The notes under the pieces: generated by a model
Databases searched by the model: none
Seen by the model: only the letters and a program-made list of their open reading frames with translations
Told to the model about the DNA's origin: nothing
In this document: positions 9,434-19,396 of the stretch, in pieces
Layout: each line of letters starts with the position of its first letter
Numbering within the stretch: the stretch's first letter is position 1
Position numbers and translations under genes: made by a program
Assembly: GCA_965208675.1 (NCBI GenBank)
Contig: OZ242351.1
Coordinates: 4,640,001 to 4,704,000 of the forward strand
Direction of reading: 5' to 3'
DNA: 64,000 nt
Source of the DNA: Candidatus Poribacteria bacterium
GTDB taxonomy: Bacteria; Poribacteria; WGA-4E; PCPOR2b

Positions 9434-10483
9434 TTATGCCGCCACATGAATCCGGGCATGTGACGAATCGGTGACGCGTCCAATTACAGCCGCTTCAGGG
9501 CAATCTCGCTCATGCAATACTGCCAGCGCCGAATCTGCGTCAGCCTCTGGCAATGCAAAAAGCAACCCGCCGGAGGTTTCCGCTTCCATCAAAATATGAC
9601 GCATTTCCTCCGAGACGCCCGGATCAAACGTTACCATCCGATCGAGGAACTTCGTATTCGATTTGTAAGCACGGGTTTGAATTTTTTTCTTCACGAGCAT
9701 GGGCGCTTCGTCGAAGTATGGGACATTCTTGGAAAAGATTTCCAGTGTGACGCCGTTCCCGCTTGCCATCTCCGAGCCGTGCCCAAGCAGGCCGTATCCA
9801 GTTACATCTGTACAGGCATTTACGCTGAATTTCTGCATAACTTCTGATGCAGACCGGTTCAAACGAGTCATTGATTCTACGACTCGGGGCAGGGCGCTGG
9901 TACCGAGTTTATTGAATTTTAATCCCGTCGTGAGAATGCCGACACCGAGCCGTTTTGTAAGAATCAGAACATCGCCGGGCTTTGCACCAAAATTCCTTAC
10001 TACCCGCTCTGGGTGGATTATGCCGGTTACTGCCAATCCATACATCAACTCGGGGGCATCAACTGTATGACCACCGACAAGTACGGCTCCTGATTCTTTG
10101 ACTTTATCCGCACCGCCCCTCATGATGTCACCGAGAATTTCCAAGTCCAACCGGTCTTTGGGCCAGTATAGGACATTGAGCGCGGTTTTGGGGATGCCGC
10201 CCATGCTATAGACATCGCTCAACGCATTGGTTGCGGCGATCTGTCCGAATGTGTATGGGTCATCGACGATAGGCGTAAAATAGTCGGTGGTATTAATAAT
10301 TGCCAGATCTTCGGTGAGTTTATAGACACCTGCATCGTCGGATGTCTCTGTACCGACGAGCAGATTTGGATCGTCCATCTCTGGTAAATTATGCAGAACT
10401 TGCGCGAGATCCCCCGGATCCAGTTTGGATGCTCACCCAGCGCATTTGACGGTTTTGGTCAGTTGGACCTTTTTCTTGGTCAT
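9434..10483 (-). CDS. selD: Selenide, water dikinase (selenophosphate synthetase), selenocysteine-containing; UGA at 10433-10435
   Basis: The 314-aa ORF has DDAG, TDYFTPIVDDP, ATNALSDVY, GGHT, TDVTGYGLLGH and ETSGGLL. It extends in frame through a single TGA to ATG 10483 (AAGGAG upstream), giving MTKKKVQLTKTVKCAG-U-ASKL, which restores the catalytic Cys/Sec-x-x-K motif. Confidence 0.93.
10407..10421 (-). promoter_or_regulatory. Putative bacterial SECIS hairpin in selD
   Basis: The GGATCC-GGG-GGATCT stem-loop begins 11 nt after the UGA and has a G-rich loop. Confidence 0.55.
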
Positions 10484-10520
10484 TGACTGTTACGCTCCTT
10501 TGTTCGTTTTCGCATCACGA

Positions 10521-10580
10521 ATGCGGGGCAAGATGCCCCGCATTCGATGGATTTAACGGGGTAAGATGTCCCGCCTACGA
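10521..10580. repeat. Pair of REP-like palindromes (GCGGGGCAAGATGCCCCGC class)
   Basis: atgcggggcaagatgccccgcat and ggggtaagatgtcccgcctac; related copies at 28092 and 31392. Confidence 0.7.
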
Positions 10581-10861
10581 TGGGTGTAACTGTAAAAAGA
10601 TGAATTTTCAAACAAGGTCTTAAGGGCAATTTGACAAATGCTAAACATCTTCGTTTTATTCGTTCATAGATTTATTCATCCGGTTGCGGCATTGAGGGAT
10701 GAGCGGCCTCTCCACTTGAGAGCCGGAGATGCGGCGAGGTTTGATGGCAAATGATAACATACAGCAGGATTGGCGTCAAGACTATGTGTTTAGGCGGTGC
10801 AGGGTTTGCTTTTGCATTGAAATCGACTTCGCAAGCAAGACATTCCGCATTCGCATTACTG

Positions 10862-11611
10862 TCAAGGAATCAATATACGTCCGCCGCTCGCAACTACTGT
10901 GGAGCCTGTCATATAGCTAGATTCTTCGCTCAACAGAAATGCAATCACGTTCGCCATCTCCTCGGGCTCTCCCATACGTCCCAACGGCGTTGCGGCGGAC
11001 AGGTTTTCAATCATGGCGGGCGAAACCTCACTTACCATGTCCGTTGCAATCAAGCCCGGCGCAACCGAATTGATTCGAATGTTGTGTTGCGCGAGGGGTT
11101 CACAACAGGATTTCGTTAAGGCAATTACGCCCGCTTTCGCGGCGGCATAGGCGAGTTGATTCGGACGGACTGCCAAAGCAGCAATAGATGAAACGTTGAC
11201 GATTCGTCCAAACTTCCGTTCAATCATTCCGGCCTTGACCGCCCATATAACATTGAAGGCGCCCGTCAGGTTGATTGCAATGGTTCGATCCCACTGTTCA
11301 GGCGTCAATTCGTCAAAGTTTGAATCTACCACTGCGCCAGCGTTGTTCACTAGCAAATCTATTGCACCCACGTTTCCTGCGATCTTCCCGACCATTTTGT
11401 TGACAGATTCGCGATCCGATATATCCGCCTGAACGACTATCGCCTCACGTCCCATCGCGCGAATTTGCCGGTATACATCTTCCGCCTGGTCCGCTGCCGC
11501 GACATAATGCACGGCGACATTTGCACCTTGAGCGGCTAGCTTCAGCGCTGTTGCCTTCCCGATACCACGGCTCGCGCCTGTGACTAGCGCAAGCTTTCCT
11601 TCAAACCTCAT
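10862..11611 (-). CDS. SDR oxidoreductase, FabG-like
   Basis: TGASRGIG, VNNAG, YAAAK, PG.IATDM. Confidence 0.9.
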   Translation of the reverse strand: MRFEGKLALVTGASRGIGKATALKLAAQGANVAVHYVAAADQAEDVYRQIRAMGREAIVVQADISDRESVNKMVGKIAGNVGAIDLLVNNAGAVVDSNFDELTPEQWDRTIAINLTGAFNVIWAVKAGMIERKFGRIVNVSSIAALAVRPNQLAYAAAKAGVIALTKSCCEPLAQHNIRINSVAPGLIATDMVSEVSPAMIENLSAATPLGRMGEPEEMANVIAFLLSEESSYMTGSTVVASGGRILIP

Positions 11612-11693
11612 GTTGCCTCCTTTTTCTGTCTATAACGGCGGTGTTTGAGTCAGAGAAACTCTTCAGTGCGCGCCGGAAATTTCAGACAATATA

Positions 11694-12272
11694 CTAAAGT
11701 GAAATCTGAAGCACTAAAACGGTGCCTGCAGCGGCAATTAGCGCTGCCGCAACAGTTTGTAAAATCGTGTGTCTTTTCCGATGCACTCTTGCCCAAGCAA
11801 TCAACGGTAACAACAGCGATAGCCACGCAATTTTCGCATCCACCAAGAGCATTAGAACGATAATCGACCCTGCTGCACTACCGCAATGGAAACTGATTTT
11901 CCACCAGTGCGTAATCGCAGTAAACACAACTCCATTTATAGCATAAGCGATGCAAGGCAAGACAATCTGCGACGGCGCATCAATTGATTGCAGGACGATA
12001 ATGCCAACCAGCGTGCTTACAAGCGACAAGTACAACGGCGCCAAGCGCTGCTTCCTCACCGCAAGATGAACGTCGCTCAAGCGGCCTGACCGCACAAGGG
12101 CAAGAATGAAAACGGAAGGTAATACAGAGGCGAACACCGAAACAACTAGCATCCATAACATAACCTGCTGAAGCGAATTCGCGTAGGTCCAGGCGAGCAA
12201 CAGGATTGTCGGGACTGGTATGAGAAACGGGCTAAAGATGACTGATATTGCGACGGCGATTCGGTCCAGCAT
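11694..12272 (-). CDS. Integral membrane protein, PAP2-superfamily-like
   Basis: About 6 hydrophobic segments; WKISFH and WARV..KRHT motifs. Confidence 0.7.
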   Translation of the reverse strand: MLDRIAVAISVIFSPFLIPVPTILLLAWTYANSLQQVMLWMLVVSVFASVLPSVFILALVRSGRLSDVHLAVRKQRLAPLYLSLVSTLVGIIVLQSIDAPSQIVLPCIAYAINGVVFTAITHWWKISFHCGSAAGSIIVLMLLVDAKIAWLSLLLPLIAWARVHRKRHTILQTVAAALIAAAGTVLVLQISL

Positions 12273-12349
12273 TTGCGGTACGTGAAAGGAAACACACGCT
12301 TCAAAGGCTCAAAAAAGCCAAGGGTTGAATTTTCGTTAAGTTGATAATT

Positions 12350-12664
12350 CTATTTGACATTTTCATCGATCCATTTAAGGTAATCTGCGTTCCCTCCTAC
12401 GATTGGAACAGATGTCACCTCGCATATCTCGTAGCTGTGTAATTTCCTTACGCTTTCGATGAGTTCTTCCATTAGTTCGGATTTTGTCTTGATGACAAGC
12501 TTGGCTTCCTGATCTGACTCAATTTTCCCGTTCCACCAGTAGTATGAAACTACTTGCGGGATGACGTTAACACAAGCAGCGAGCTTGCGCTCGACCAAAG
12601 ATTCCGCAATCCGCTTGGCTTCTTCAACGCTCGGAGTAGTCACGAAGGCGATTACGTACTCCAT
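12350..12664 (-). CDS. cutA: Divalent-cation tolerance protein CutA
   Basis: LVERKLAACVN, SYYWW.GKIE..E, LHSYE, YLKWI. Confidence 0.95.
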   Translation of the reverse strand: MEYVIAFVTTPSVEEAKRIAESLVERKLAACVNVIPQVVSYYWWNGKIESDQEAKLVIKTKSELMEELIESVRKLHSYEICEVTSVPIVGGNADYLKWIDENVK

Positions 12665-12712
12665 TTGGGCCTCCCGTTTCCGTCTTTTTCATACGCTCAT
12701 TTGACAAGCATA

Positions 12713-15130
12713 TCAGCTACGAAGTTCCGCATCTAACTCGTCTTCTAGCGTCCTTACAATTCTGTCATGAACCTGATCCACAATTTCATCAGTAAGGGTT
12801 TGCGTATTAGAGTGGTATTCGATGGCATAAGCCAGGCTTTTCTTTCCTTCGGGCACTTGCTCGCCTGTGTACAAATCAAACAGGCGGATAGAATTAACGT
12901 ATTTGCCGGCGGCGGACTTAATCACGCTGGTCGGGCGGCTGGAAGGAATCTCCGCATCAAGCACGATAGCAAGATCTCGATTGACGCTGGGATAGATTGA
13001 AATCGGCTGAAATTCGTTATTCAGATTGGAGGCTTCAACGAGTTCTTCAAAATCGAGTTCAAACAGATAGGCTTTGTTGGGCAAATCGTAGCGCTCAATG
13101 ACTTCGGGGTGGATTTCGCCCAAAACACAAATTTTCTGCCCGCATACACGTATTTCTGCGCTCCGTCCGGGATGGAAGGCGGGGTGTTCGGTTTGAACGA
13201 TAGTCTCACCGGAAACGCCGCAAACATCCAGCATGCCCTCGACAATCCCCTTGATGTCGAAGAAGTCTGCCGGGCGCTGCAAATCGCCGTATACACCGGT
13301 ACCTACGCTGCCGGCAACAATGCCAGCCACACGTTCCAACTCATTCGGATACTCACCATTCGTTTCGACACTCTCGCCAAGATCGCTCGGCATAAAAACT
13401 TTGGCAATTTCAAAAAGCTGTACATCGTTCACCTGATGGTTTGCGTTGCGTTTCGCATTCTCCAGCAAACTGGGAATCAGCGTTGTTCGCATGGTTGAGA
13501 AATCTTCGACGAGCGGATTTCGAATCTGGAGCGCACCCCGAAGCGGATCGTCAGCGTCAAGCCGTATGCGGTCGAAAACGTCCGGGTGGTAGAATGAGTA
13601 ATTTATTGCTTCCATCATGCCGCAGTCAAGGAGGTATGTTTTCACCTGCTGGCGCAGCATTGATTTCGGATCGACACTCGACGCCGGAAGGTTGCCTTGC
13701 GGCAGCGCGATTGGGATATTGTCATAGCCGTAGACACGGGCGATTTCTTCGATTAGGTCGATTTCTCGGTCTACATCGGGACGGAACGTCGGCACCGTGA
13801 CTTCGAAACCACCGGACACAGTAAAACCGAGTCGAGTGAGTATATCACGCATCAGGTTTGGCGTAATTTCCGTGCCCAGAACGAAATTGACACGCTCCGG
13901 GCGTAACGTAATCCGCTTAGGCGTTCGTACCCCGGGATAGACATCAATGATTCTTACACCGACTTCACCTCCGGCAATCTCTGCGATAAGTTGTGCGGCG
14001 CGATTAATCGCGGGAATGACGCCTTCAGGATCGACACCGCGTTCAAATCGATGCGAAGCTTCGGTGTGCATGCCTAAAGTTTTCGAGGTTTTGCGGATGC
14101 TTGACGGATTAAAATACGCACTTTCGAGCAGCACATCCACCGTATGCTCGGTAATTTCCGAATCGAAACCGCCCATCACCCCGGCGAGCGCCACGGGCTT
14201 CTCGGCATCCGCAATAACAAGCATGTCAGAAGTGAGGTTGCGTTCCTCTTCATCAAGCGTCTTTAAGATTTCGCCGGGTTTTACGCGGCGAACGACGATT
14301 CTGTTTTCGCCAAGCCGATGAAAATCAAAGGCATGCAGCGGCTGCCCAAATTCCATTAAGGCGAAGTTTGTAATATCTACGACGTTGTTAATCGGTCCCA
14401 TGCCAACAGCTTCAAGCCGGCGCTGTAACCAGGTGGGTGAGGGGGCAACTTTAACCCCCTGAATCATCCGCGTCGCGTAACGCGGACAAAGATCCGGCGC
14501 TTCTATTGTGACCGAGGTTAAATCCCGAATATCCGCAGCGGATTCTCGCACTTCGGATTGCGGCATTTTCAGCGAATTGCTTGTTATGACGCTAATTTCC
14601 CGTGCAACGCCTATCATACTCAGGCAGTCCGGACGATTGGGTGTAATTTCAAGCTCCATCATAACATCGTCCAATCCCAGTGCTTCCACGAGCGGCGTTC
14701 CTGCCTTTAGATTGTCCGGGAGCTCCATCAGACCTGACGCGTCATCCGAGACATTTAACTCACTTTCAGCGCAGAGCATGCCGTGTGAACGCTCGCCGCG
14801 GATGTTCGCGGTACCGACTGTCACCCCGCTCGGCAATTCTGCCCCGACTAAAGCGACGGGTGCGACCAAGCCCGCCCGTGCGTTCGGCGCCCCGCAAACG
14901 ATTTGTAGGTCTTCGTCCGATCCAACGTCGACATCGCATAAAACGAGATTATTCGCCCTCGCGTGCTCCCTGACCGCGTTAATCCTGCCAACCGTGACTC
15001 GGTCCAGCCCTTCGCCAAGCCGCTTAATGGATTCGACTTCAATGCCGAGCATCATCAAACGGTCGGCGAGATCTTCAGGGGAAAGGTCGAAATCCACGTA
15101 TTCCTTTAGCCAATTCACGCTTACGTTCAT
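12713..15130 (-). CDS. pheT: Phenylalanine--tRNA ligase beta subunit
   Basis: IVCGAPN, TPNRPDCLS, GQPLHAFD, RFERGVD, DLIEEIARVYGY, C-terminal FDX-ACB domain. Confidence 0.98.
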   Translation of the reverse strand: MNVSVNWLKEYVDFDLSPEDLADRLMMLGIEVESIKRLGEGLDRVTVGRINAVREHARANNLVLCDVDVGSDEDLQIVCGAPNARAGLVAPVALVGAELPSGVTVGTANIRGERSHGMLCAESELNVSDDASGLMELPDNLKAGTPLVEALGLDDVMMELEITPNRPDCLSMIGVAREISVITSNSLKMPQSEVRESAADIRDLTSVTIEAPDLCPRYATRMIQGVKVAPSPTWLQRRLEAVGMGPINNVVDITNFALMEFGQPLHAFDFHRLGENRIVVRRVKPGEILKTLDEEERNLTSDMLVIADAEKPVALAGVMGGFDSEITEHTVDVLLESAYFNPSSIRKTSKTLGMHTEASHRFERGVDPEGVIPAINRAAQLIAEIAGGEVGVRIIDVYPGVRTPKRITLRPERVNFVLGTEITPNLMRDILTRLGFTVSGGFEVTVPTFRPDVDREIDLIEEIARVYGYDNIPIALPQGNLPASSVDPKSMLRQQVKTYLLDCGMMEAINYSFYHPDVFDRIRLDADDPLRGALQIRNPLVEDFSTMRTTLIPSLLENAKRNANHQVNDVQLFEIAKVFMPSDLGESVETNGEYPNELERVAGIVAGSVGTGVYGDLQRPADFFDIKGIVEGMLDVCGVSGETIVQTEHPAFHPGRSAEIRVCGQKICVLGEIHPEVIERYDLPNKAYLFELDFEELVEASNLNNEFQPISIYPSVNRDLAIVLDAEIPSSRPTSVIKSAAGKYVNSIRLFDLYTGEQVPEGKKSLAYAIEYHSNTQTLTDEIVDQVHDRIVRTLEDELDAELRS

Positions 15131-15178
15131 TTTCTAACTCTGCTCCGTAGAGTGGCGTACAACAAAATGTATGTATAA

Positions 15179-15210
15179 CCCCCTCTAACTCCCCCTTGGT
15201 AAGGGGGAGG
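15179..15210. repeat. REP-like palindrome (CCCCCTT-NNN-AAGGGGG class)
   Basis: ccccctctaactcccccttggtaagggggagg; related copies at 19489, 31342, 40265 and 40404. Confidence 0.65.
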
Positions 15211-15235
15211 ATTGGAATTCCGTAACCGCCTAAGA

Positions 15236-16252
15236 TTAAAACTGACGGAGGAAACGCATGTCATTTTCAAATAGCAGCCGTAAATCCGGGATGCCAAAAC
15301 GCAGCATCGCGATGCGGTCTACCCCCATGCCAAACGCGAAGCCGGTGACTTGATTCGGATCGTAATTTACGTAGCTGAAAACGTTTGGATCGACAGATCC
15401 GGCGCCCAAGATTTCGAGCCAACCCGTCCATGAACAGGTGCGGCAACCCTTTCCGCCGCAAACTGTGCAGGAGATATCGACTTCGGCGCTCGGCTCAGTG
15501 AACGGGAAGAAGTGGGGCCGGAAACGTACACGTGTCCTGTCTCCAAACATCTGCCGCGCAAAGGAATGGAGTACGCCTTTCAGCTCGCTGAAGGTGACGC
15601 GGTAATCAACCAGCAATCCTTCAACTTGGTGAAACATCGGTGTGTGCGATATATCGTAATCGCGCCGGTATGCCTTACCCGGCACAATGATGCGCACTGG
15701 CGGCTGCTGTTTTTCCATGACGCGTACTTGAACCGGGGAGGTATGGGTGCGCAGCAATAAGCTGTCCGTGATATAAAGGGTATCGTGAAGATCCCGCGCT
15801 GGATGGTCCTGTGGGGTATTCAGCGCATCAAAGTTGTAATATTCGTGCTCAATCTCAGGACCTTCCGCGACTTGGAAACCCATGCCGCGAAAGATTTCCT
15901 GAATCCGTTCGAGCGACTGGGTTACCGGGTGTTTTTTGCCGATTTTTGGACGCCGCCCGGGAAGGGTAATGTCTATTTTTTCCAGAGCAAGCTTTTGTTG
16001 GCGTTCTTGGCGGGAAAGCGATTCGGCAAGCCGATCAAAAGCCTGCGAAAGCCGTGTCCTGACTGTATTTGCGTGCTTGCCGACGATTGGACGCTCTTCT
16101 TGGGAGAGTGCCCCCATGCCTTTCATCAATGCGGTGAACGCGCCTTTGCGTCCAAAATACCTAATCCGAAGCGACTCCAGCTCGGCTAAATTATCTACGT
16201 TTTTCAGGCTTGCAAGCGCATCAGCCTCAATTTGATTCAACTGCTCCTGCAT
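15236..16252 (-). CDS. pheS: Phenylalanine--tRNA ligase alpha subunit
   Basis: HPARD, LLRTHTSPVQ, HTPMFHQVEGL, FPFTEPS, GFAFGMG.DR. ATG at 16252 follows GGAG. Confidence 0.98.
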   Translation of the reverse strand: MQEQLNQIEADALASLKNVDNLAELESLRIRYFGRKGAFTALMKGMGALSQEERPIVGKHANTVRTRLSQAFDRLAESLSRQERQQKLALEKIDITLPGRRPKIGKKHPVTQSLERIQEIFRGMGFQVAEGPEIEHEYYNFDALNTPQDHPARDLHDTLYITDSLLLRTHTSPVQVRVMEKQQPPVRIIVPGKAYRRDYDISHTPMFHQVEGLLVDYRVTFSELKGVLHSFARQMFGDRTRVRFRPHFFPFTEPSAEVDISCTVCGGKGCRTCSWTGWLEILGAGSVDPNVFSYVNYDPNQVTGFAFGMGVDRIAMLRFGIPDLRLLFENDMRFLRQF

Positions 16253-16267
16253 GCTTTCTCCAGCCAA

Positions 16268-16558
16268 CAAAAAACGCCTGTCACTTTAGCCCATTAGGGA
16301 CGAAAGCAACAGGCGTCAACTTCCGCGGTACCACCCTAGTTGACAGAAAAAATTCCTGCCCTCTTCATTGGTCGAATCAATAACGGTGAAACCCCCGGCA
16401 CAAACCTACTTGTCCTCCGCACAATGGGGTTGAACGTTCAGTTTGGCAGCTCCAAGATGAAATTCGGCGGTCGGTTCCCAAGATGCGCTTTCAGCCAGTG
16501 GCGCTTCCTCTCTGATTGGAAGATTCCAACCGCTTACTTTGTCCCTTCATCGCCTTTA
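16268..16558 (-). promoter_or_regulatory. T-box riboswitch (Phe specifier UUC) with intrinsic terminator
   Basis: The reverse strand has AGTA, AGAGAG and GCTGAAA boxes, specifier GAATTTCA (TTC at 16459-16461), T-box AACTAGGGTGGTACCGCGG, antiterminator partner TCGTCCCT, and terminator ACGCCTGT...ACAGGCGT-TTTTT. Confidence 0.93.
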
Positions 16559-16640
16559 CATTACCGTATTCAGTTTATTGGAAATCTGTCCTAATTGCCT
16601 CAATGTGATGGACAGACCCGGAGCGGCATCGCGCACTGCG

Positions 16641-16994
16641 TCAGCTTGACGCCTTCGCCAGCGCGGCAATTTGAGCAAATCCAGCCTCATCATGCACCGC
16701 TAAGTCTGCGAGAACCTTACGATTGAGTTCAATCCCCGCTTTTTTTAAGCCGTTCATGAATCGGTTGTATGATAAACCGTGCATTCTTGCGGCGGCATTG
16801 ATTCGCACAATCCAAAGCCTTCTGAATTCCCGTTTGCGGGTTCGCCTATGCGCATACGCGTGATTCCAACCCTTTTCGACCGCTTCCATAGCGGTTCGCT
16901 TCAAATTGTTCCGTCCGCCGCGATACCCTTTTGAGTGTTTTAAGATTCTTTTGCGGCGTTTTACACGCACGTTGCCTGTTTCAACTCTTGGCAT
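16641..16994 (-). CDS. rplT: 50S ribosomal protein L20
   Basis: [37 protein letters not shown]. Confidence 0.98.
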   Translation of the reverse strand: MPRVETGNVRVKRRKRILKHSKGYRGGRNNLKRTAMEAVEKGWNHAYAHRRTRKREFRRLWIVRINAAARMHGLSYNRFMNGLKKAGIELNRKVLADLAVHDEAGFAQIAALAKASS

Positions 16995-17112
16995 TCTCGA
17001 CCTCTTTTAAAAATTAAACTGTGTGTACGCGGGTTTAAAAGTGCCGCTGTTATCAACTGATAATGCGCGAGCTGTAACGATGTTTTTTTGAAACCCGCAA
17101 CGGACATTGGTA

Positions 17113-17307
17113 CTACTTGCCTAGTAAACGGTTTGCCCTTTTCAAATTGGTTGAATCTACGAGGCTGCCCTTTCTGAGCCTGCGTTTGCGCTTACCCGAT
17201 TTCGTTAGGAAGAGGTGGTTAGAAAAGGCTTTGAATCTCCGAATTTTACCGCTTCCTGTACGCTTAAAGCGTTTTGCCGCGCCTTTATGGGTTTTTATCT
17301 TTGGCAT
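17113..17307 (-). CDS. rpmI: 50S ribosomal protein L35
   Basis: [21 protein letters not shown]. Confidence 0.98.
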   Translation of the reverse strand: MPKIKTHKGAAKRFKRTGSGKIRRFKAFSNHLFLTKSGKRKRRLRKGSLVDSTNLKRANRLLGK

Positions 17308-17362
17308 TTCTCAGATTCCTCGGATGAATGTTCAACTAAACTACTAAACGTCCGTACTCCCG

Positions 17363-17914
17363 CTACGACGATTTTGGCGCTATAATTATAAACATCGTCC
17401 TCGTTTCCATTCGGGGAGACTGCTCGACCTCCCCAACGTCTGCAAGTCCGTCCGCGAACTGTAGCAGCATTGTGCGGCCAAGGCCGGTGTGCATCATTTC
17501 GCGCCCTTTGAATCGGACTGTGGTTTTAACCTTCCAGCCGTTGGTCAAAAATTCCCGGGCGTGCCGCGACTTAAAATCCAAGTCGTGCTCGCCGGTCCTT
17601 ACGGAGTTAAATTTTATCTCTTTCAGGACAACTTTGGCTTGTTTCTTCTTCGCTTCTTTCGCGCGTTTGCTCTTCTCGTACTGAAATTTCCCGTAATCCA
17701 TAATCTTGCACACGGGCGGATCTGCGTTGGGGGAAACTTCAACCAAATCAAGACCCTGTTCTCGAGCAATTTGCAACGCCTCGCGAGGCAACATCGTGCT
17801 GAGCTGCGTGTTGTCCGAGTCAATGACAAAAACCTGCCTGGCTCGGATTCGCTCATTCACTCTATTTTGTGGTTCCCGCTGCTTCCCTCGCCAACGGTTC
17901 CCTCTTTTCTGAAT
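17363..17914 (-). CDS. infC: Translation initiation factor IF-3 (probable ATT start)
   Basis: NERIRA, LDLVEVSPNADPPVCKIMDYGKF, RFKGRE. GGGGGTG lies 6 nt before an in-frame ATT at 17914; the ORF track's GTG start is inside that SD-like element. Confidence 0.95.
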   Translation of the reverse strand: MQKRGNRWRGKQREPQNRVNERIRARQVFVIDSDNTQLSTMLPREALQIAREQGLDLVEVSPNADPPVCKIMDYGKFQYEKSKRAKEAKKKQAKVVLKEIKFNSVRTGEHDLDFKSRHAREFLTNGWKVKTTVRFKGREMMHTGLGRTMLLQFADGLADVGEVEQSPRMETRTMFIIIAPKSS

Positions 17915-18088
17915 TTTATACACCCCCAGAGGTATGGTATGAATGAACCTTCGAAAAAATCACGTGTTAAACTCCGCGTTCTTTGAAACGCCGCTACCAG
18001 CCGCTTCGCAATTTACGGCAATATTATGGATGTGCATGATTATTGAGTTCAATAGATGCCGGTATCATCTAGGTAAAATATGGCGTTT

Positions 18089-18118
18089 ATTTTAGCACAT
18101 CGCAGTTAACAAATGCAA
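18089..18118 (-). promoter_or_regulatory. Putative sigma70 promoter of the infC-rpmI-rplT operon
   Basis: TTGCAT-N18-TAAAAT with extended -10 (TG-C-TAAAAT). Confidence 0.5.
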
Positions 18119-18242
18119 GGTAAAATCCTTATTTCACTATGTTCACGGCTAAGACGCGATGCCCGCAAGGGGGGATTTTGGAGCGGAATTTCCGTTTTTC
18201 GACCCTCATTCTGTGATTGGACGAACGGCAGACGCGCTCGAG

Positions 18243-19247
18243 CTAGCCGCAGGTAACGGGTTGTCCGGATTCAACCGACTGGTACGCCGCTAGTGCAATT
18301 TCCACAGCCGCGCGGCCGTCCGCACCGGTGATTGGCGGCGTTGAATCGTTGAGTACCGCGTCGACAAAGGCTCGAATCTCGTGGCGTACCGGCTCTTCAA
18401 CGTCAATTTCGGAAATTGGAGTGCGTATTTCCTCGCCGTCGAAAGTCTTTACACGGATGGACACATCTTTGCCCCAAATATGCGGAAAATAGATTGAGCC
18501 CTTTTCGCAATCGACGCGCCCGCCGTATCCCCCGATAGCGGAGACTTGGCTTGAATGAAGCAGCCCCACGCACCCGTTCTCGAATGTCAATGAGGCGAGC
18601 ACGACATCGGGGTAGTCGGCTTCACGCTGAACGTATGTTCCGCCTATGGCGTAGACGGTTTTGACTTCGCCGCATGTCCACCGCATGAAATCAATCTCGT
18701 GCGTGCTAATTTCCATGAGGCTTCCGCCCGACTTTTCGCGCTGCAACCGCCAGTCTGCCGCATAGCTTCCGAGTTTCCAGGGACCGCCAATCCGATGTAC
18801 CATCATGCAAACCGGCACACCCAGTTGCCCGCTATGGACGATTTCGCGTACCTTTGAGTGTGTGGCGTGGTATCGGCAGACCAACCCAATCGTCAACTTC
18901 ACGCCGTTCCGGTGCGCTGCTTGAATCATCGCATCGCAGTCTTCCAGCGTGGGCGCCATCGGTTTTTCGGAGAACACGTGCTTGCCTGCATTTGCGGCGT
19001 CCACAGCCATTTGGCGGTGCATGAACGGCGGCGATGCAATAAACACGCCGTGTATGCGTTCATCTGCCAGCAGGTCGTGGTAATCGAGATTGTGTTCTGC
19101 ATTAACCGCCGCCGCCAGTTTCTTGGCGCGAGGCTCATCCAGATCGCTGACTCGCAGCACCTCGACGTGCTCAAGCGCCTGCGCGCTATGTGCAAGGCTT
19201 CTTCCCATAATACCGCAACCGATCACACCAACTCCAAATTTGTCCAT
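18243..19247 (-). CDS. Gfo/Idh/MocA family oxidoreductase
   Basis: GVIGCGIMG, GKHVFSEKPMA, SGGSLMEISTHEID. Start at MDKFG (19247) is preferred. Confidence 0.92.
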   Translation of the reverse strand: MDKFGVGVIGCGIMGRSLAHSAQALEHVEVLRVSDLDEPRAKKLAAAVNAEHNLDYHDLLADERIHGVFIASPPFMHRQMAVDAANAGKHVFSEKPMAPTLEDCDAMIQAAHRNGVKLTIGLVCRYHATHSKVREIVHSGQLGVPVCMMVHRIGGPWKLGSYAADWRLQREKSGGSLMEISTHEIDFMRWTCGEVKTVYAIGGTYVQREADYPDVVLASLTFENGCVGLLHSSQVSAIGGYGGRVDCEKGSIYFPHIWGKDVSIRVKTFDGEEIRTPISEIDVEEPVRHEIRAFVDAVLNDSTPPITGADGRAAVEIALAAYQSVESGQPVTCG

Positions 19248-19396
19248 AAAGTGCCCTTCTACGCTCAACGCGGTCAGTTTTCCAAGAGTATAACACAATT
19301 GAGATGAAAAGCGAGTCTTATCTGTTCTGAGAACATGAGCTAAAGTTGCGTATCACTTTTGCCACAGGTCATAGCATCATTGCCACAATTGTTTTC

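Noticed and set aside
17930-18085. Bacillus-type L20 leader upstream of infC
   Set aside because: A ~170-nt leader is likely, but I could not find the L20-leader consensus or a terminator by eye. An Rfam search is needed.
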